From Octopus bimaculoides (taxonomy: Eukaryota), in contig NC_069003.1 in assembly GCF_001194135.2 (NCBI RefSeq), forward strand, positions 7,337,349 to 7,401,348: 64,000 nucleotides of DNA, given 5' to 3'. Under the pieces are notes generated by a model. The model saw only the letters and a program-made list of their open reading frames with translations, had not been told where the DNA came from and made no database searches. Shown here one piece after another: positions 37,003 to 50,134 of this stretch (positions are counted from its first letter, which is position 1; every line of letters starts with the position of its first letter). Position numbers and translations under genes: made by a program.

Positions 37003-37190
37003 AATCTGATCTGGCAGTTTCTACAGCTGGATGCCCTTCCTAATGCCAACCACTCCGAGAGTGTAGTGGGTGCTTTTACGTGCTACCGGCATGAGGGCCA
37101 GTCACACGGTACTGGCTACGACCACACTCAAAATGGTGTTTTTTATGTGCCACCTGCCCAGGTGCCAGTCCAGCGGCACTGGCAACGACC
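37003..37190 (-). mobile_element. Family C fragment
   Basis: atctgatctggcagtttctacagctggatgcccttcc. Confidence 0.85.
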
Positions 37191-37738
37191 TCATATATAT
37201 ATATATATTTACCATGTGAACTATGATGAAAAAAATATGAGAAAGATATGGTAGATAGTTTTTTTTTTTGTGCAGGGGTTCCTTGAGACATGTAATTTAT
37301 TTTAAGGGTTACACAAGGGTAAAAAGGTTGGGGTAACGCTGCCCTAAACCACAACATGTGTGTCCTATGAGACACCATCACCATTCAATGCCCACTTTTC
37401 TATTCCTGCATGGGTCAGATGGAATTGTTTTGAGGAATGCATGAGTCTATATAACAATGTCAATAAAAAGAATCACAAAATTTCAATGAATTTAGGCCTA
37501 CAAAGAAAAATTCTAAATATTAACAATAATGAGAATAATAAATGTTGTTGTTGTTTTAGTCTTGTGTTGTTTATAAGCATTGAAATAGCTGCTTTTGTTT
37601 GCCTGCTTCCAGAAGCCATTAGCAGTTGAAATATATTTGAATGATTACAGCTTTGTTTATCGATGTTAAAATGAAGTTTCCAGCAATAAAGCATTCAACT
37701 TGTAGTGATTATTACCCCGTCATTCTTCCATACTAACT

Positions 37739-37781
<43 letters not shown>

Positions 37782-38205
37782 CTGATAGATATACATATAC
37801 ACGTACATACAGTCACATGACTCACTGTCATAGTCACTTGCTATTATCATAAGTCTTAATTCTGCTGCACCATTTAATTGTCACATGACCTCTTCACCCA
37901 GATTAGCGCAAGCCTTAATTTCAGTGCCAGTAGGAATGCTCTTTGTCATGTTACTTCATTGCTTCCAACATGGTGGAAATCGTTTTCAGATGTATGTCAT
38001 GTGATTGTTTTTACAACTGTTTTTATTGGTTATTCTCAGCCAATTTGCAACCGTTTCTTTGTCTTTCTTCAGGCATAATATATCATTGACAAGAATGGAA
38101 TTTTTACCCATTTGATGAGAAAATTCAGTCCATTCATGAGTCTGCCACTCCTACGCCATTGTGGAAGCCAAGAGAATTCTTGGATCCAATCAATTTATAA
38201 TAATA

Positions 38206-38245
<40 letters not shown>

Positions 38246-38774
38246 TAATAATAATAATAATAAGAAGAAGAAGAAGAATCAGTGTTTTAACATCCTCTTT
38301 TCCATGCTTGCATGGGTTGGATAGAATTTATTGAGGTTGATTTTCTATGGCTGGATGCCCTTCCTGTCAACAACCCTCACCTGATTCTAAACAGAGGAAT
38401 ATTCCTCCATAACCAGACGCTTTTGCAAAATGCTGGAAATAAATGACATTCATTCACAACAATCAAATGATGTCAAGACGAGGTGACACAATCACTCACA
38501 CACACACACACAACAGGCTTCTTTTAGTTTCCATCTACCAAATCGACTCACAAGGCTATGGTTGGCCTAGGATTACAGCAGAAAACATCTCAAGGTGCCA
38601 CATGGTGGGACTGAACCAGAAACCATGCGGCTAGGAAACACACTTCTTAACCACAGCCATCCTTATTTCTAATTTTGCTGAAGTGTTAATGCAATTAGAA
38701 GAACGACGAATGCAAAACCTAATAGAATTAGTGCCACCATTTATATTTTCTTTTGTTTTATATTTTTGTTTAAG

Positions 38775-39400
38775 GCTGGCAGAATCGTTAGCATGCCATA
38801 CAAAATGCTTGGTAGCAATTCTTCTGTCTATGTTCTGAGTTCAAATTCCACCAAGGTTGACTTTGTCTTTCATCTTTTTGGGGTCGATGAAATAAGTACC
38901 AGTCGAGCACTAGGGATGATATAACCAACTAGCTCCCTCCCCCAAAATATCATGAGTAGAAAGGATTATTATTATTATTATTATTGCTAAGGTGGCATCT
39001 GGCAGAATCATTAGCATTCCTGACAAAATGCTTAGTGGTATTGCCTTCATCTTCATGTTCTAAGTTCAAATCCTGCTGAGGTTAACTATGACTTTCATTT
39101 TTTTTTGGGGGGGGTCAATCAAATAAGTACCAGTGAAGCACTGGGGCTGATGGAATTGACTAACCCCCTCTTCCAAAATGCTGGGGGTTAAGGCAGCGAG
39201 CTGGCAGAATCGTTAGAGCAGTGGACAGCATTTCTTCTGGCTCTTAACATTCCAAGTTCAAATCCTACCAACGTCAACTTTGCCTTTTCTCTTTTCATAG
39301 GGTTGATAAATAAAAGTACCAGTGAAGTACTGGGGTTGATGCAATCAACTTGCCTCCCTATCCTAAAATTATTGGCCTTTTGTCAAAATTTAAAGCAATT
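38775..39400 (+). mobile_element. Three tandem SINE-B copies
   Basis: Three ctggcagaatc.ttagc...gttcaaat units. Confidence 0.85.
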
Positions 39401-39420
39401 ATAATGCTGGGGTTAGCTAC

Positions 39421-39422
<2 letters not shown>

Positions 39423-39458
<36 letters not shown>

Positions 39459-39640
39459 GTCGTTTAACGTCCGCTTTCCATGCTAGCATGGGTTGGACGA
39501 TTTGACTGAGGATTGGCAAGCCAGCAGGCTGCACCAGGCTCCAATCTGATCTGGCAGAGTTTCTACAGCTGGATGCCCTTCCTAACGCCAAACACTCCGA
39601 GAGTGTAGTAGGTGCTTTTACGTGCCACTGGCACAAGGGT
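39423..39640 (-). mobile_element. Family C, young copy with (CAT)n
   Basis: catcatcgtcgtttaacgtccgctttccatgctagc. Confidence 0.9.
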
Positions 39641-40444
39641 CATAAACCTGGAATTTTGATGGACATACCCGATTATTTTCATCCATTACTGTATCTCAGG
39701 ATATATTAAAGGAAAACTTTATTCTGTTCAGAATTGTCAAAACAAGCTAACTAAAAAAGTCTGAAAACAAACATGGACATTTAGGACAAACTCATGAAAA
39801 TGTTTTGGTCAGGAGAAGTGTTAAAGACAGCACAGCATCCAATCAGTATCAATGAGCCTGTAGTATGGTCGTAGACCTCCAAGCATTATAAAGAATATGT
39901 CAACAGTGGACAGTTATATCCTATCATTAGCCTCTTTTATTTTTTCTTACCTTGACAAGAGATGTCTCTAACTCCTTCACTCCATGATCTGATCATTAAC
40001 TTATCTCAAACACTTGCTTTGATGACAGAATCAATTAACGAAAACAGTTTGAACATCATCAGCTAAAAGTTTATATCAAAACCTTCAGCCGTTGGTAAGT
40101 TAAAGTTAATATATCAAAACTTTCAAATGTTGGTAGTTTAAAGCAAACTTATTTATGCATTCTGTTATTAGCATTGTTAGTGTAACTGCTTTACTCAAAG
40201 ACTGGGACTTTGGATTCGCATGGGTCTCATAGTTGGAAGGTTAAGTGAAGTGTTATTATTGCTTCCGAGTCTTTCTAATTAAAGTTGAGATATACAGGAT
40301 TAAAAATACCATCATCATTATTTCTTTTTTAAGTAATCTCTACAGAATTTCTTTAGAAATTAGAGCCAACACTGAAAGTTATATTTTGCATATGAATATG
40401 TCTATGTAAATAATGTGATTGAAGAGAGAAAAATAGGAAATGGG

Positions 40445-40700
40445 TGTATATGGGTGAAAGAAGCCCGTCATGTATATGTATGTGTGTGTATATGTTTGTG
40501 TGTCTGTGTTTGTCTCCCCCAACATCGCTTGACAACCGATGCTGGTGTGTTTACGTCCCCGTAACTTAGCGGTTCAGCAAAAGAGACCGATAGAATAAGT
40601 ACTAGGCTTCCATTGAATAAGTCCTGGGGTTTATTTGCTCGACTAAAAGCGGTGCTCCAGCATGGCCACAGTCAAATGACTGAAACAAGTAAAAGAGAAA
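40445..40700 (+). mobile_element. SINE-A hinge and 3' module
   Basis: Reverse complement of 7118-7380. Confidence 0.9.
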
Positions 40701-41223
40701 GAGATATAGGTATATCTATCTATCTATCTACATGTGTGTGCATATGTGTGTGTATACACACACACACACACACACAACAGGCTTGTTTCAGTTTCTTTGC
40801 ACCAAAGAAACTAACTTTGGTCAGGCAGGGGCTATAGTAGAAGACACTTGTAGATGCTACGCAGTAGGACTGAACACAAAACCATATTTTGGGAAAGCAA
40901 GCTTCTTAAACACATAGCCAAGCCTATAACTTTTAACCACAAACACACACCCACACCCACACAAACATTGAAAAGTGGTTGGTCTCTTTTTTTTTTTTGC
41001 ATTGTCTGCCAAAATATAGAGACAATATAACGAAGGAGAGCTGCCAACTGTTTCAACAAAACACAAAGACACAGTGTACAGTATTTAAGCAACTATCAGT
41101 ACTAATAAATGCTTGACTGAAGGCTAACACTTTTAACAGAATTGTACAGATTGTCTAACATATGGACACGTTCACTGAAGTATAGAAATGAAGAGAGATA
41201 GAGACAGCAGGAGATAGATAGAT

Positions 41224-41295
<72 letters not shown>

Positions 41296-41872
41296 AGTAC
41301 TAGAAGGCTGTTAACTTAGTAAAGGAGATGTAGATTATTTGTAAATTATCAGATTTAATGCTGGGAAATAAACAGCTAGGAAGAAAATAAGTAAAATATT
41401 AAAGGGTAAAGACCCCTTCAGTCAAGAATGACCATGGGATTGCACCTAAGTACAAGTCAGTTTGTTGAAGACCAAGTCACCCATGCATACCAGTCTCCTC
41501 CTCTCCATGCCAGTGGTGTTGTCCAAGGGAAAAGCAAAGGGGCCGATACAACTTGGCACCTGTGACATTGCAACTTAATTATACAGTTGAGTGAACTAGA
41601 GCAATATGAAATAACGTGTCTTGCACAAGAACACAACACAGCCTGGTCTGGAAATCGAACTCACAAACTCACAATTGTAAGCCTGACACACTAACCACTG
41701 AACCGTGCACCTTCACAAGTAAAATTCTCTGACTAGAACAGACCCAGTTTTAACTGTAACACCCTTATCTAGCAAGTCTTTGTATAATTAAAAACCAATA
41801 AAAAGAAGAAGTAATTACAGCAATTAATAAGTATACATGGTAACTGGTTCAAAAATTAATTCATATATTTAC

Positions 41873-41938
41873 CTGCTGGAAGCCCTTTTTACTCTTTGAA
41901 CTAGGAGTTCTTGATAAAAATTCTCCAAGAGAAAACAT
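41873..41938 (-). CDS. Candidate 66-bp exon
   Basis: Acceptor atctctcttatgtttcaaag, donor CAG|GTAAAT; MFSLGEFLSRTPSSKSKKGFQQ or CFLLENFYQELLVQRVKRASS. Confidence 0.35.
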
Positions 41939-42128
41939 CTTTGAAACATAAGAGAGATCTTACTGTGTACCAAAGCAAAAGCGTTGAGACGTAATGGCTG
42001 TTACGATGTGATGTGATTAAAACAGAAAAAGATTTTCTGTTTTGATTGTGAATTACTATTCGGTCAGCAGATTCACCTCAGTTCTATCACCTCATCTCCC
42101 TAAACACCGGTAGCTATCTTAGCCTCAC

Positions 42129-42149
42129 CTCAGCTGATAAATCAGCAAA
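42129..42149 (-). CDS. Candidate 21-bp microexon
   Basis: Long poly-T tract upstream, tatcaag| and GAG|GTGAGG; FADLSAE or LLIYQL. Confidence 0.25.
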
Positions 42150-42908
42150 CTTGATAACATGAATTGTCACAAAAACAGAAACAAAAAAAAAACAAAAAAA
42201 AAAAAAATGAATTTTATACAAAACACAGGTGCAGGGCATGGCTGTGTGTGTAGTTAAGAAGCTTGTTTTGCAACCATGAGGTTTTGAGTTCAATCCCACT
42301 GTATGGTATTTTTGGGTAAATATTTTTTTTTTAACGCAGCCTTATGAGTGAATTTAGTAGACAGACAACAAGCATGGCTGTGAGGGAGGTAAGAAGTTTG
42401 CTTCCCAACCACATGGCTCTGGGTTCAGTCCCATTGTGTGGCACCTAGGGGCACATATCTTCTCCTATAGTTTCGGGCCGACCAAAGCCTTGTGAGTGGA
42501 TTTGGTAATAATAGTGATATAAAAGGCAGTGAAGGTCTGTGACCTAATGATTAAGGTGTTGCACTCATGATTAGCAAGGTCATGGTTTCAATTCTCAGAC
42601 CTAAGCATTTCGTCTGGAATGCTAACATTTCTGCCAGCCTGCTGCCTTTTGTTGTATCCTGTATGTGTCTCTAAGTTAAAGTAAATGTGACTTTGGAGGG
42701 TGTCTATGCCTGTTTATGCACGTGTCCAGGAACCACATGTGAATTCCTATTCTCACTGAAACTCCGAACATGAACACTTCAACAACAAACGACGGCTATG
42801 GCGTCCACGCTATCCAAAACACTTGTTCTTCCAGTGGGGGCATTTGTCAAAATTACAAACTAGATTTTGGGGGCCACAGACAGAAGCATTACTTTGCCTG
42901 CTGGAATA

Positions 42909-42986
42909 TTAGGTCTGACTGTCAGTCATGGTTAGTATTTGTAAGGAACATTGTGAACTCATTGAGTCGAGCTCGCTCAACCCATC
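42909..42986 (-). CDS. Candidate terminal exon
   Basis: Strong acceptor gttcacttgtattttcag|; DGLSELDSMSSQCSLQILTMTDSQT*; locally CpG-rich. Confidence 0.25.
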   Translation of the reverse strand, partial: DGLSELDSMSSQCSLQILTMTDSQT

Positions 42987-43430
42987 CTGAAAATACAAGT
43001 GAACAGCACACCTGTTTGTGACTACGTAAGCATCTAAAAGAGCTAACAAAAGCATAGTATGTATTATAGCGCTGTACTTGTTCATGGACGATGGCTAGCT
43101 CTTTAATATATTTCATAGTCTTTCGTAAATTTTCAGATTTCTATCAAAACAGAGAACTAGTAACCTGTTCTTCATATGATAATATGGAATAACATTTTCC
43201 TACAATTACTATTTGATGTTTACCTGATATGGAATCTACAACATACTCCAGACATGTAAATTACTGAACAATATACATACATTCATGATATAGAATATAT
43301 TAACAGCTGCTGAGTTGTTACAACATGCTAATGTTTCTCGGTACTCTAGGCTGTAGCAGAATGAATTAAACTCAAAACTTATTGACATCTGACATATTAA
43401 GTAGGTGAAATGGAGCATTAGCACTGTCTC

Positions 43431-43467
<37 letters not shown>

Positions 43468-44223
43468 GTGAGTGGTGGTGATTGATAGGGATAGAGATGA
43501 TTGAAGGAGTATATAGATGAGTAAAGATGGATATAGTTGATTTAAGGAGGGTGCAAATGAGTAAAGATTGGTGGGTATAGTTGGTGAGATGTATCTGATT
43601 GAGTGGGGAATATAGATGAGTAAAGGTAGATATAGTTGATTGAAATAAAGTGTGGAAGCTGTAAAGTTAATTTAACCCCAACTCCTAAACTTGTTTTCAG
43701 GAAAAAAAAAAAAAAAGGCCATAGCAAGCATAGCAGAGGTCAGATAAATTNNNNNNNNNNNNNNNAAAAAAAAAAAAAAAACTTTAAAAAAAAAAGAAAA
43801 TAACTTATTACCAATTTTATCTAGTGAAATTAGCGATCAACATATAAACTTGCTTTTTATAAGTACATGGAAATACAAAGACAAATATAAAAAAAAATAA
43901 ATAAATACAAAACCTAAGTTTATGGAGAGAAGATAGTGAAAAGGATTTAGTTGATAGATTTGGGTGATTAAACAGAGACAATAACAGCATATGGTAGTTG
44001 AGACAGAAGTGAGATCAGACGCACAGACATACATATGACGTCATTATTATTATAATGATAAATGCACGAACATTTCCTTCCCATTAAAAAATTGCCAGAA
44101 AGTTTTCACTATCATGCATGACACCCTAACATTTGTTTTAGTTATATATATATATTATTAGATTTCTATGTTATTTTTCTCAACAATCTATTTGAACTCA
44201 AATTTATATCTGTTGATAGAAAG

Positions 44224-44234
<11 letters not shown>

Positions 44235-44271
<37 letters not shown>

Positions 44272-44502
44272 AAGGTAGGGTAGTGTAGCTGGCAGAAGTG
44301 TCAGCACGCTGGGCGAAGTGCTTAGCAGTATTTCGTCTGCTGCTACGTTCTGAGTTCAAATTCTGCCTAGGCCGACATTGCCTTTCATCCTTTCGGGGGT
44401 CGATTAAATAAGTACCAGTTACACACTGAGGTTGATGTAATCAACTTAATCCCTTCCCCTAAATTTGAGGCCTTGTGCTTCCTGTTGAAAGGATAATGAT
44501 TA

Positions 44503-44543
<41 letters not shown>

Positions 44544-44749
44544 TTTAAGGTGGCATGCTGGCAGAATCGTTAGCATGCCGAACAAAATGCTTAGTGGTAT
44601 TTTGTCTGTCGCTACGTTCTGAGTTCAAATTCTGCTAAGGTTGACTTTACCTTTCAGGGTCTATAAAATAAGTACCAGTTAAACACTGGGATCAATGTAA
44701 ATGACTCATCCCCTCCCCCAAAACTGCTGCCCTTGTGGAAAAATTTGAA

Positions 44750-44796
<47 letters not shown>

Positions 44797-44990
44797 TGCT
44801 ATTATTGTTTTTAAGGTGGTGAGCTGGCAGAGTTGTTATTGGAAAAAGTGCTAGGTGGCATGTTTTCTGATTTTATGTAGTCGGGGCCAACTTTGCCTTT
44901 CATCCTTCTGGGGTTGATAAAATAAGTACAAGCTAAAAACTAGGGCTCACCTAACCAACTTATCCCCTTCCCCAAAACTGCTGGTCTTAA
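44235..44990 (+). mobile_element. Three tandem SINE-B copies, each preceded by (ATT)n
   Basis: (att)n-aaggt..gctggcaga repeated three times. Confidence 0.9.
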
Positions 44991-47900
44991 GTTGTTGTTA
45001 TTGCTTTTTTGCAGCGACAATTTCATTTTTTTACACACACACACACACACGATAGGTTTCTTTCCGTTTCTATTTATGAAATCCACTGACAAAGCTTTGG
45101 TCAGTCCAAGGCTATAATAGAAGACACTTTCCCAAGGTACCATATAGTGGGACTGAACCTGGAACAACATGGTTGGAAAGCAAGCTTCTTACCACATAGT
45201 CATGCCATCTTTTTTTCTGATTTAGTCACAGTTTCAATATTTTAACACTTGCAACCAGCCCTGTATATTTTGCTATAAATATCAATTGCTAATACATCTA
45301 ATAACTACAATAGAGCATGTAACTCTTCTCAATTCCTGTGCTATATTGTGTCTGTCATAATCAAATTCCGTCTGCTGAAGGAAACGGCAGCTGTAATCTT
45401 AATACATATCGTTTTAGAGTGCATTGGATAAGGAGCATTTCTTGTGAATAGTTTTATTCATGATTTGACAGCATTAAAGCCATATCAACTTTATGCAACA
45501 GATAACAGAAGTTCTTAAATTATTTAATTTCATGCTCAAAAATAAAGAAAGCATGGAAGAAGGTCTTCCTATTTAATGGACCAGAGTATTCTATAGAATA
45601 ACAGTTGGGGAGTATAATCGGTGACGTAGTAAAAAAAAAAAGGGAGTTGAAGAAGTAAAAAGATGTATTGTCTGATGAGGGTAAGATCAAGTGTGTCTGT
45701 GTGTGTCAATCTCTTGTCTTGCTATCATCACCATCATTATCATCGTCGTCATTATTGTTTTAATGTCCACTTTGCCATGCTTGCATGGGTTGGAAGGAAT
45801 TTGTTGAGGCAAGATTTGCTACATTCTGATGTCCTTCCTGTTACGAACTTTCACCTGTTCCCAAGTGGGGTAATGTCTCTGTTTCTCCACGAATAGACAT
45901 ACATGTTTCCACAAAAGATTGGAAACGAAAGACAATGCTTGCATGATGCTGTCACATCATGCGTTGCCAAGGCAAAGAGACAGCAACACACACACATGCA
46001 CACACAAACACTCACACATACATAAATGCATACACATATATACAACCATACAAACATTAACACACATATAAAATCACACAAACATGTAAACACACACACA
46101 CACACACATACATATACATATATACACACATACACATACAATGGGCTTCTTTCTGCAAGATCCTCTCATAATGCTTTGGTTGACCCAGGGTTACAATAGA
46201 AAAAAACTTGCCCCAAGCTTCCATGCAGTGAGACTGAACCTAAAACCAAGCGATTAAGAAGTAGACTTCTAACCACACAGCCATGCCCATGCTTATTACA
46301 TGTGTGAGCTAATAGTAAACAAAAGTCACCACCATACAAGCGGTGGTGTTTGTTTACAATCTTCTGCAAAAATATGTCTAACCATTGAGCTGTTTGTTGC
46401 TTGGAAATGCAACCATGCATGGAAACAGATGAGGGTTGGTGACAGGAGGAGCATCTGGCCATAAAACAATTGGCATGAACAAGTTTTGTTTGACCAATGG
46501 AAAAGTAGATATTAAAACACTGCTGATGATGATGATGGTAGTGGCCACAAGTAAGCCTTTCAAAATTATGCATTCCCACGCCCTATTTACGTAGTTATCA
46601 TTAAGCTAGTGTTAGGAACATAAATTGTGACTAAGGTTTGGTGGAAGATTTTAATTCAAAACTTATGAAAACAAGACATTTGTACTCAGAGCTAGAGCTG
46701 GTTTCAGCTGGGTTGGTAACGAAAGGGTTAAATATCTCTATTCCGATACTGATAAGGCTTGACTCAGTCTGTTGTACAGCTTTTAACCACTGCTGCCCTA
46801 ATTTTGACAGATGAGTGAACGAGAACACAGTGAAGTAAAGTTCATTGCTCAAGGACACAACATGAAACTGGGAATTAAACTCACAACCTTACAATTGTCA
46901 ACCAAACACCCTAACCAGTAAGCTAGCTGCCTTCACAATTCNNNNNNNNNNNNNNNNNNNNNNNNNNNNNNNNNNNNNNNNNNNNNNNNNNNNNNNNNNN
47001 NNNNNNNNNNNNNNNNNNNNNNNNNNNNNNNNNNNNNNNNNNNNNNNNNNNNNNNNNNNNNNNNNNNNNNNNNNNNNNNNNNNNNNNNNNNNNNNNNNNN
47101 NNNNNNNNNNNNNNNNNNNNNNNNNNNNNNNNNNNNNNNNNNNNNNNNNNNNNNNNNNNNNNNNNNNNNNNNNNNNNNNNNNNNNNNNNNNNNNNNNNNN
47201 NNNNNNNNNNNNNNNNNNNNNNNNNNNNNNNNNNNNNNNNNNNNNNNNNNNNNNNNNNNNNNNNNNNNNNNNNNNNNNNNNNNNNNNNNNNNNNNNNNNN
47301 NNNNNNNNNNNNNNNNNNNNNNNNNNNNNNNNNNNNNNNNNNNNNNNNNNNNNNNNNNNNNNNNNNNNNNNNNNNNNNNNNNNNNNNNNNNNNNNNNNNN
47401 NNNNNNNNNNNNNNNNNNNNNNNNNNNNNNNNNNNNNNNNNNNNNNNNNNNNNNNNNNNNNNNNNNNNNNNNNNNNNNNNNNNNNNNNNNNNNNNNNNNN
47501 NNNNNNNNNNNNNNNNNNNNNNNNNNNNNNNNNNNNNNNNNNNNNNNNNNNNNNNNNNNNNNNNNNNNNNNNNNNNNNNNNNNNNNNNNNNNNNNNNNNN
47601 NNNNNNNNNNNNNNNNNNNNNNNNNNNNNNNNNNNNNNNNNNNNNNNNNNNNNNNNNNNNNNNNNNNNNNNNNNNNNNNNNNNNNNNNNNNNNNNNNNNN
47701 NNNNNNNNNNNNNNNNNNNNNNNNNNNNNNNNNNNNNNNNNNNNNNNNNNNNNNNNNNNNNNNNNNNNNNNNNNNNNNNNNNNNNNNNNNNNNNNNNNNN
47801 NNNNNNNNNNNNNNNNNNNNNNNNNNNNNNNNNATGATGATGATGATGACGATGATGATGACGATGATGATGATGATGATTACTGAAATTGTCAAAACAC

Positions 47901-48004
47901 ATGAAATTAAAGAATGCCTTTTTAGTTCCTTTATTCTTTTCCCTAACCCTAACCCTTCCTTCCTCTATCTTTTTCATTAATAATAATTATTATTAGGGGG
48001 GAGG

Positions 48005-48600
48005 GGGGAGATGTCAGAATCGTTAGCACACCGGATGAAATGCTTAACGGTCTTTCATCTGCCGTTACATTCTGAGTTCAATTTCCGCCGAGGTCGACTT
48101 TGCCTTTCATCCTTTCGGGGTCGATTAAATAAGTACCAGTTACGCACTGGGGTCGATGTAATTAACTTAATTCCTTTGTTTGTCCTTTTTTGTCCCCTCT
48201 ATGTTTAGCCCCCACTGCAGGCAATAAATAAATAAATAAGTAATAATAATTATAATGCTGATATCATTGTCATTATTATTATTGTTATTATTATCATTAT
48301 TATTATTGTTGTTGTTGTTGTTGTTATTATTATTGTTATTATTATTATTATTATTATTATCATTAAGGTGACAAGCTGGCAGAATGGTTAGCATGCCAGT
48401 CAAAATGGTTGGTGGCATTTCATGTGTCTTTACATTCTGAGTTCAAATTCTGCTGGGCACAACTTTCATCCTTTCGGGGTCAATAAAATAAGTACCAGTT
48501 GAGTGCTGGGGTCGATGCAATCGACTATCCTCCTCACCACCCACCCACCAAAATTTCAGGCCTTGTACCCAAAGTAGAAAGGGTTACGATTATCATCATC
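48005..48600 (+). mobile_element. Two SINE-B copies around an (ATT/GTT)n tract
   Basis: cagaatcgttagcac...ccgccgaggtcgactttgcctttcatcctttcggggtcgat. Confidence 0.9.
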
Positions 48601-50134
48601 ATCATCATTCAAAACAGTTAAAGACATCGAAAGAGATGGTGGAGGTCAGATGTGCAGATGCTGGGTCTCGCAAGATAAGATTACAATATAAGACCATGAA
48701 GATTTATAGTATGTTATACATGCTACAAACATAGCCAACCCACATGGAAAATTAACTATTAAAATAATAAAGATGATGATAATGATGATAAGATACATAT
48801 TCCAAAGGTCAAGTTTTTCCTTTTTTGTTCCTTGGCTTTTAATATGATCAACATGGTCTAGAGAAAGTCAATTAAGGGAAATCTCCTCATCTCTTCTGGA
48901 ATTCTTACTCCTGAATGTACCTCAGCATTAGGAGCCACCAAGGCACTTTTTTTCTTGTAATTACTCAGCATGCTAGAAATGGCAGCTAAATCTACCTTGA
49001 ATTAAAGGGAAAGGGAGAAAGTTCCCATCCAAGGCACAGGTTGTTTATGGAAGACCAGCAGTCACCCATGCATACCAGCCTCCCCTCTCCATGCCGCTAA
49101 TGTTATCCAAGGGAAAGGCAAGGGCCGATACATCTTGGTACTGGTGATGTTGGAACTTATTTCTACAGATGAGTGAACTGGAGCAACATGAAATAAAGTG
49201 TCTTGCTCAAGCACACAACACACAGCCTGGCCCAGGAATCAAAGAAGCAGATCTGTGGTACTGAGCAGAATATTTGTTGTAGCCCATCTTTTACACAAAG
49301 ACAAAACATATGCACGTCAACACTTCCAATCAGTTAAGATCAGAAGCCATGAGAGCCACTGCCTGGTATTGCATCAGGACATCTGCCTTGAATTATACAT
49401 CGCCATACTGTGAGGAATAATCTTGATAAATCTCAGAGCTTAGTTGTCACTCCCAAGTGAGTCCAACTTGGTCACATGCACTATGTTATTATTATTACTA
49501 AAAATTTCAGGCCTTGTGCCTATAACAGAAAAGATTATTAAGGCGGTGAGCTGGCAGAATCGTTAGCACGCCGGGCGAAATGCTTAGCGGTATTCCGTCT
49601 GTCTTCACGTTCTGAGTTCAATTTCCGCCGAGGTCGACTTTGCCTTTCATCTTTATGAAAGAAGCCCATCATTACATATATATAATCTACATGTGTGTGG
49701 CTATGTGTCTATGTTTGTTCTACACCACCACTTGACAACTAGTGTTGGTGTGTTTACGCCCCTGTAACTTTGTGGTTCAGCAAATGTGACTGATAGAATA
49801 AGTACTAGACTTTAAAAAAAAATATATATAAATACTGTGGTAGATTCCTTCAATTAAAAATTCAAGACAGTGCCCCAGCCTGGCCACAGTGAAATGACTG
49901 AAACAAGTAGAAAGACAAATAAATAAATAAATAATCATCTTTGATCTGAAAGAGAGTTCGTCACAGATTACTCAAGAAACACTTCATTGTAAACGATAAT
50001 TACGATCTTGTCTGACACTAATTATAACGATGCCAGCTGCTGCCATACTTCTTCCTAGACAATACAGCACACAGGTGCCCAGGAGTAAATATTTTGTGCC
50101 TAATGTTTAAACCAACATTTTGTAGAGTCTGCCC

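Noticed and set aside
47941-47956. Telomere-like ccctaaccctaaccct
   Set aside because: Fewer than three units; expected by chance or as part of a simple repeat
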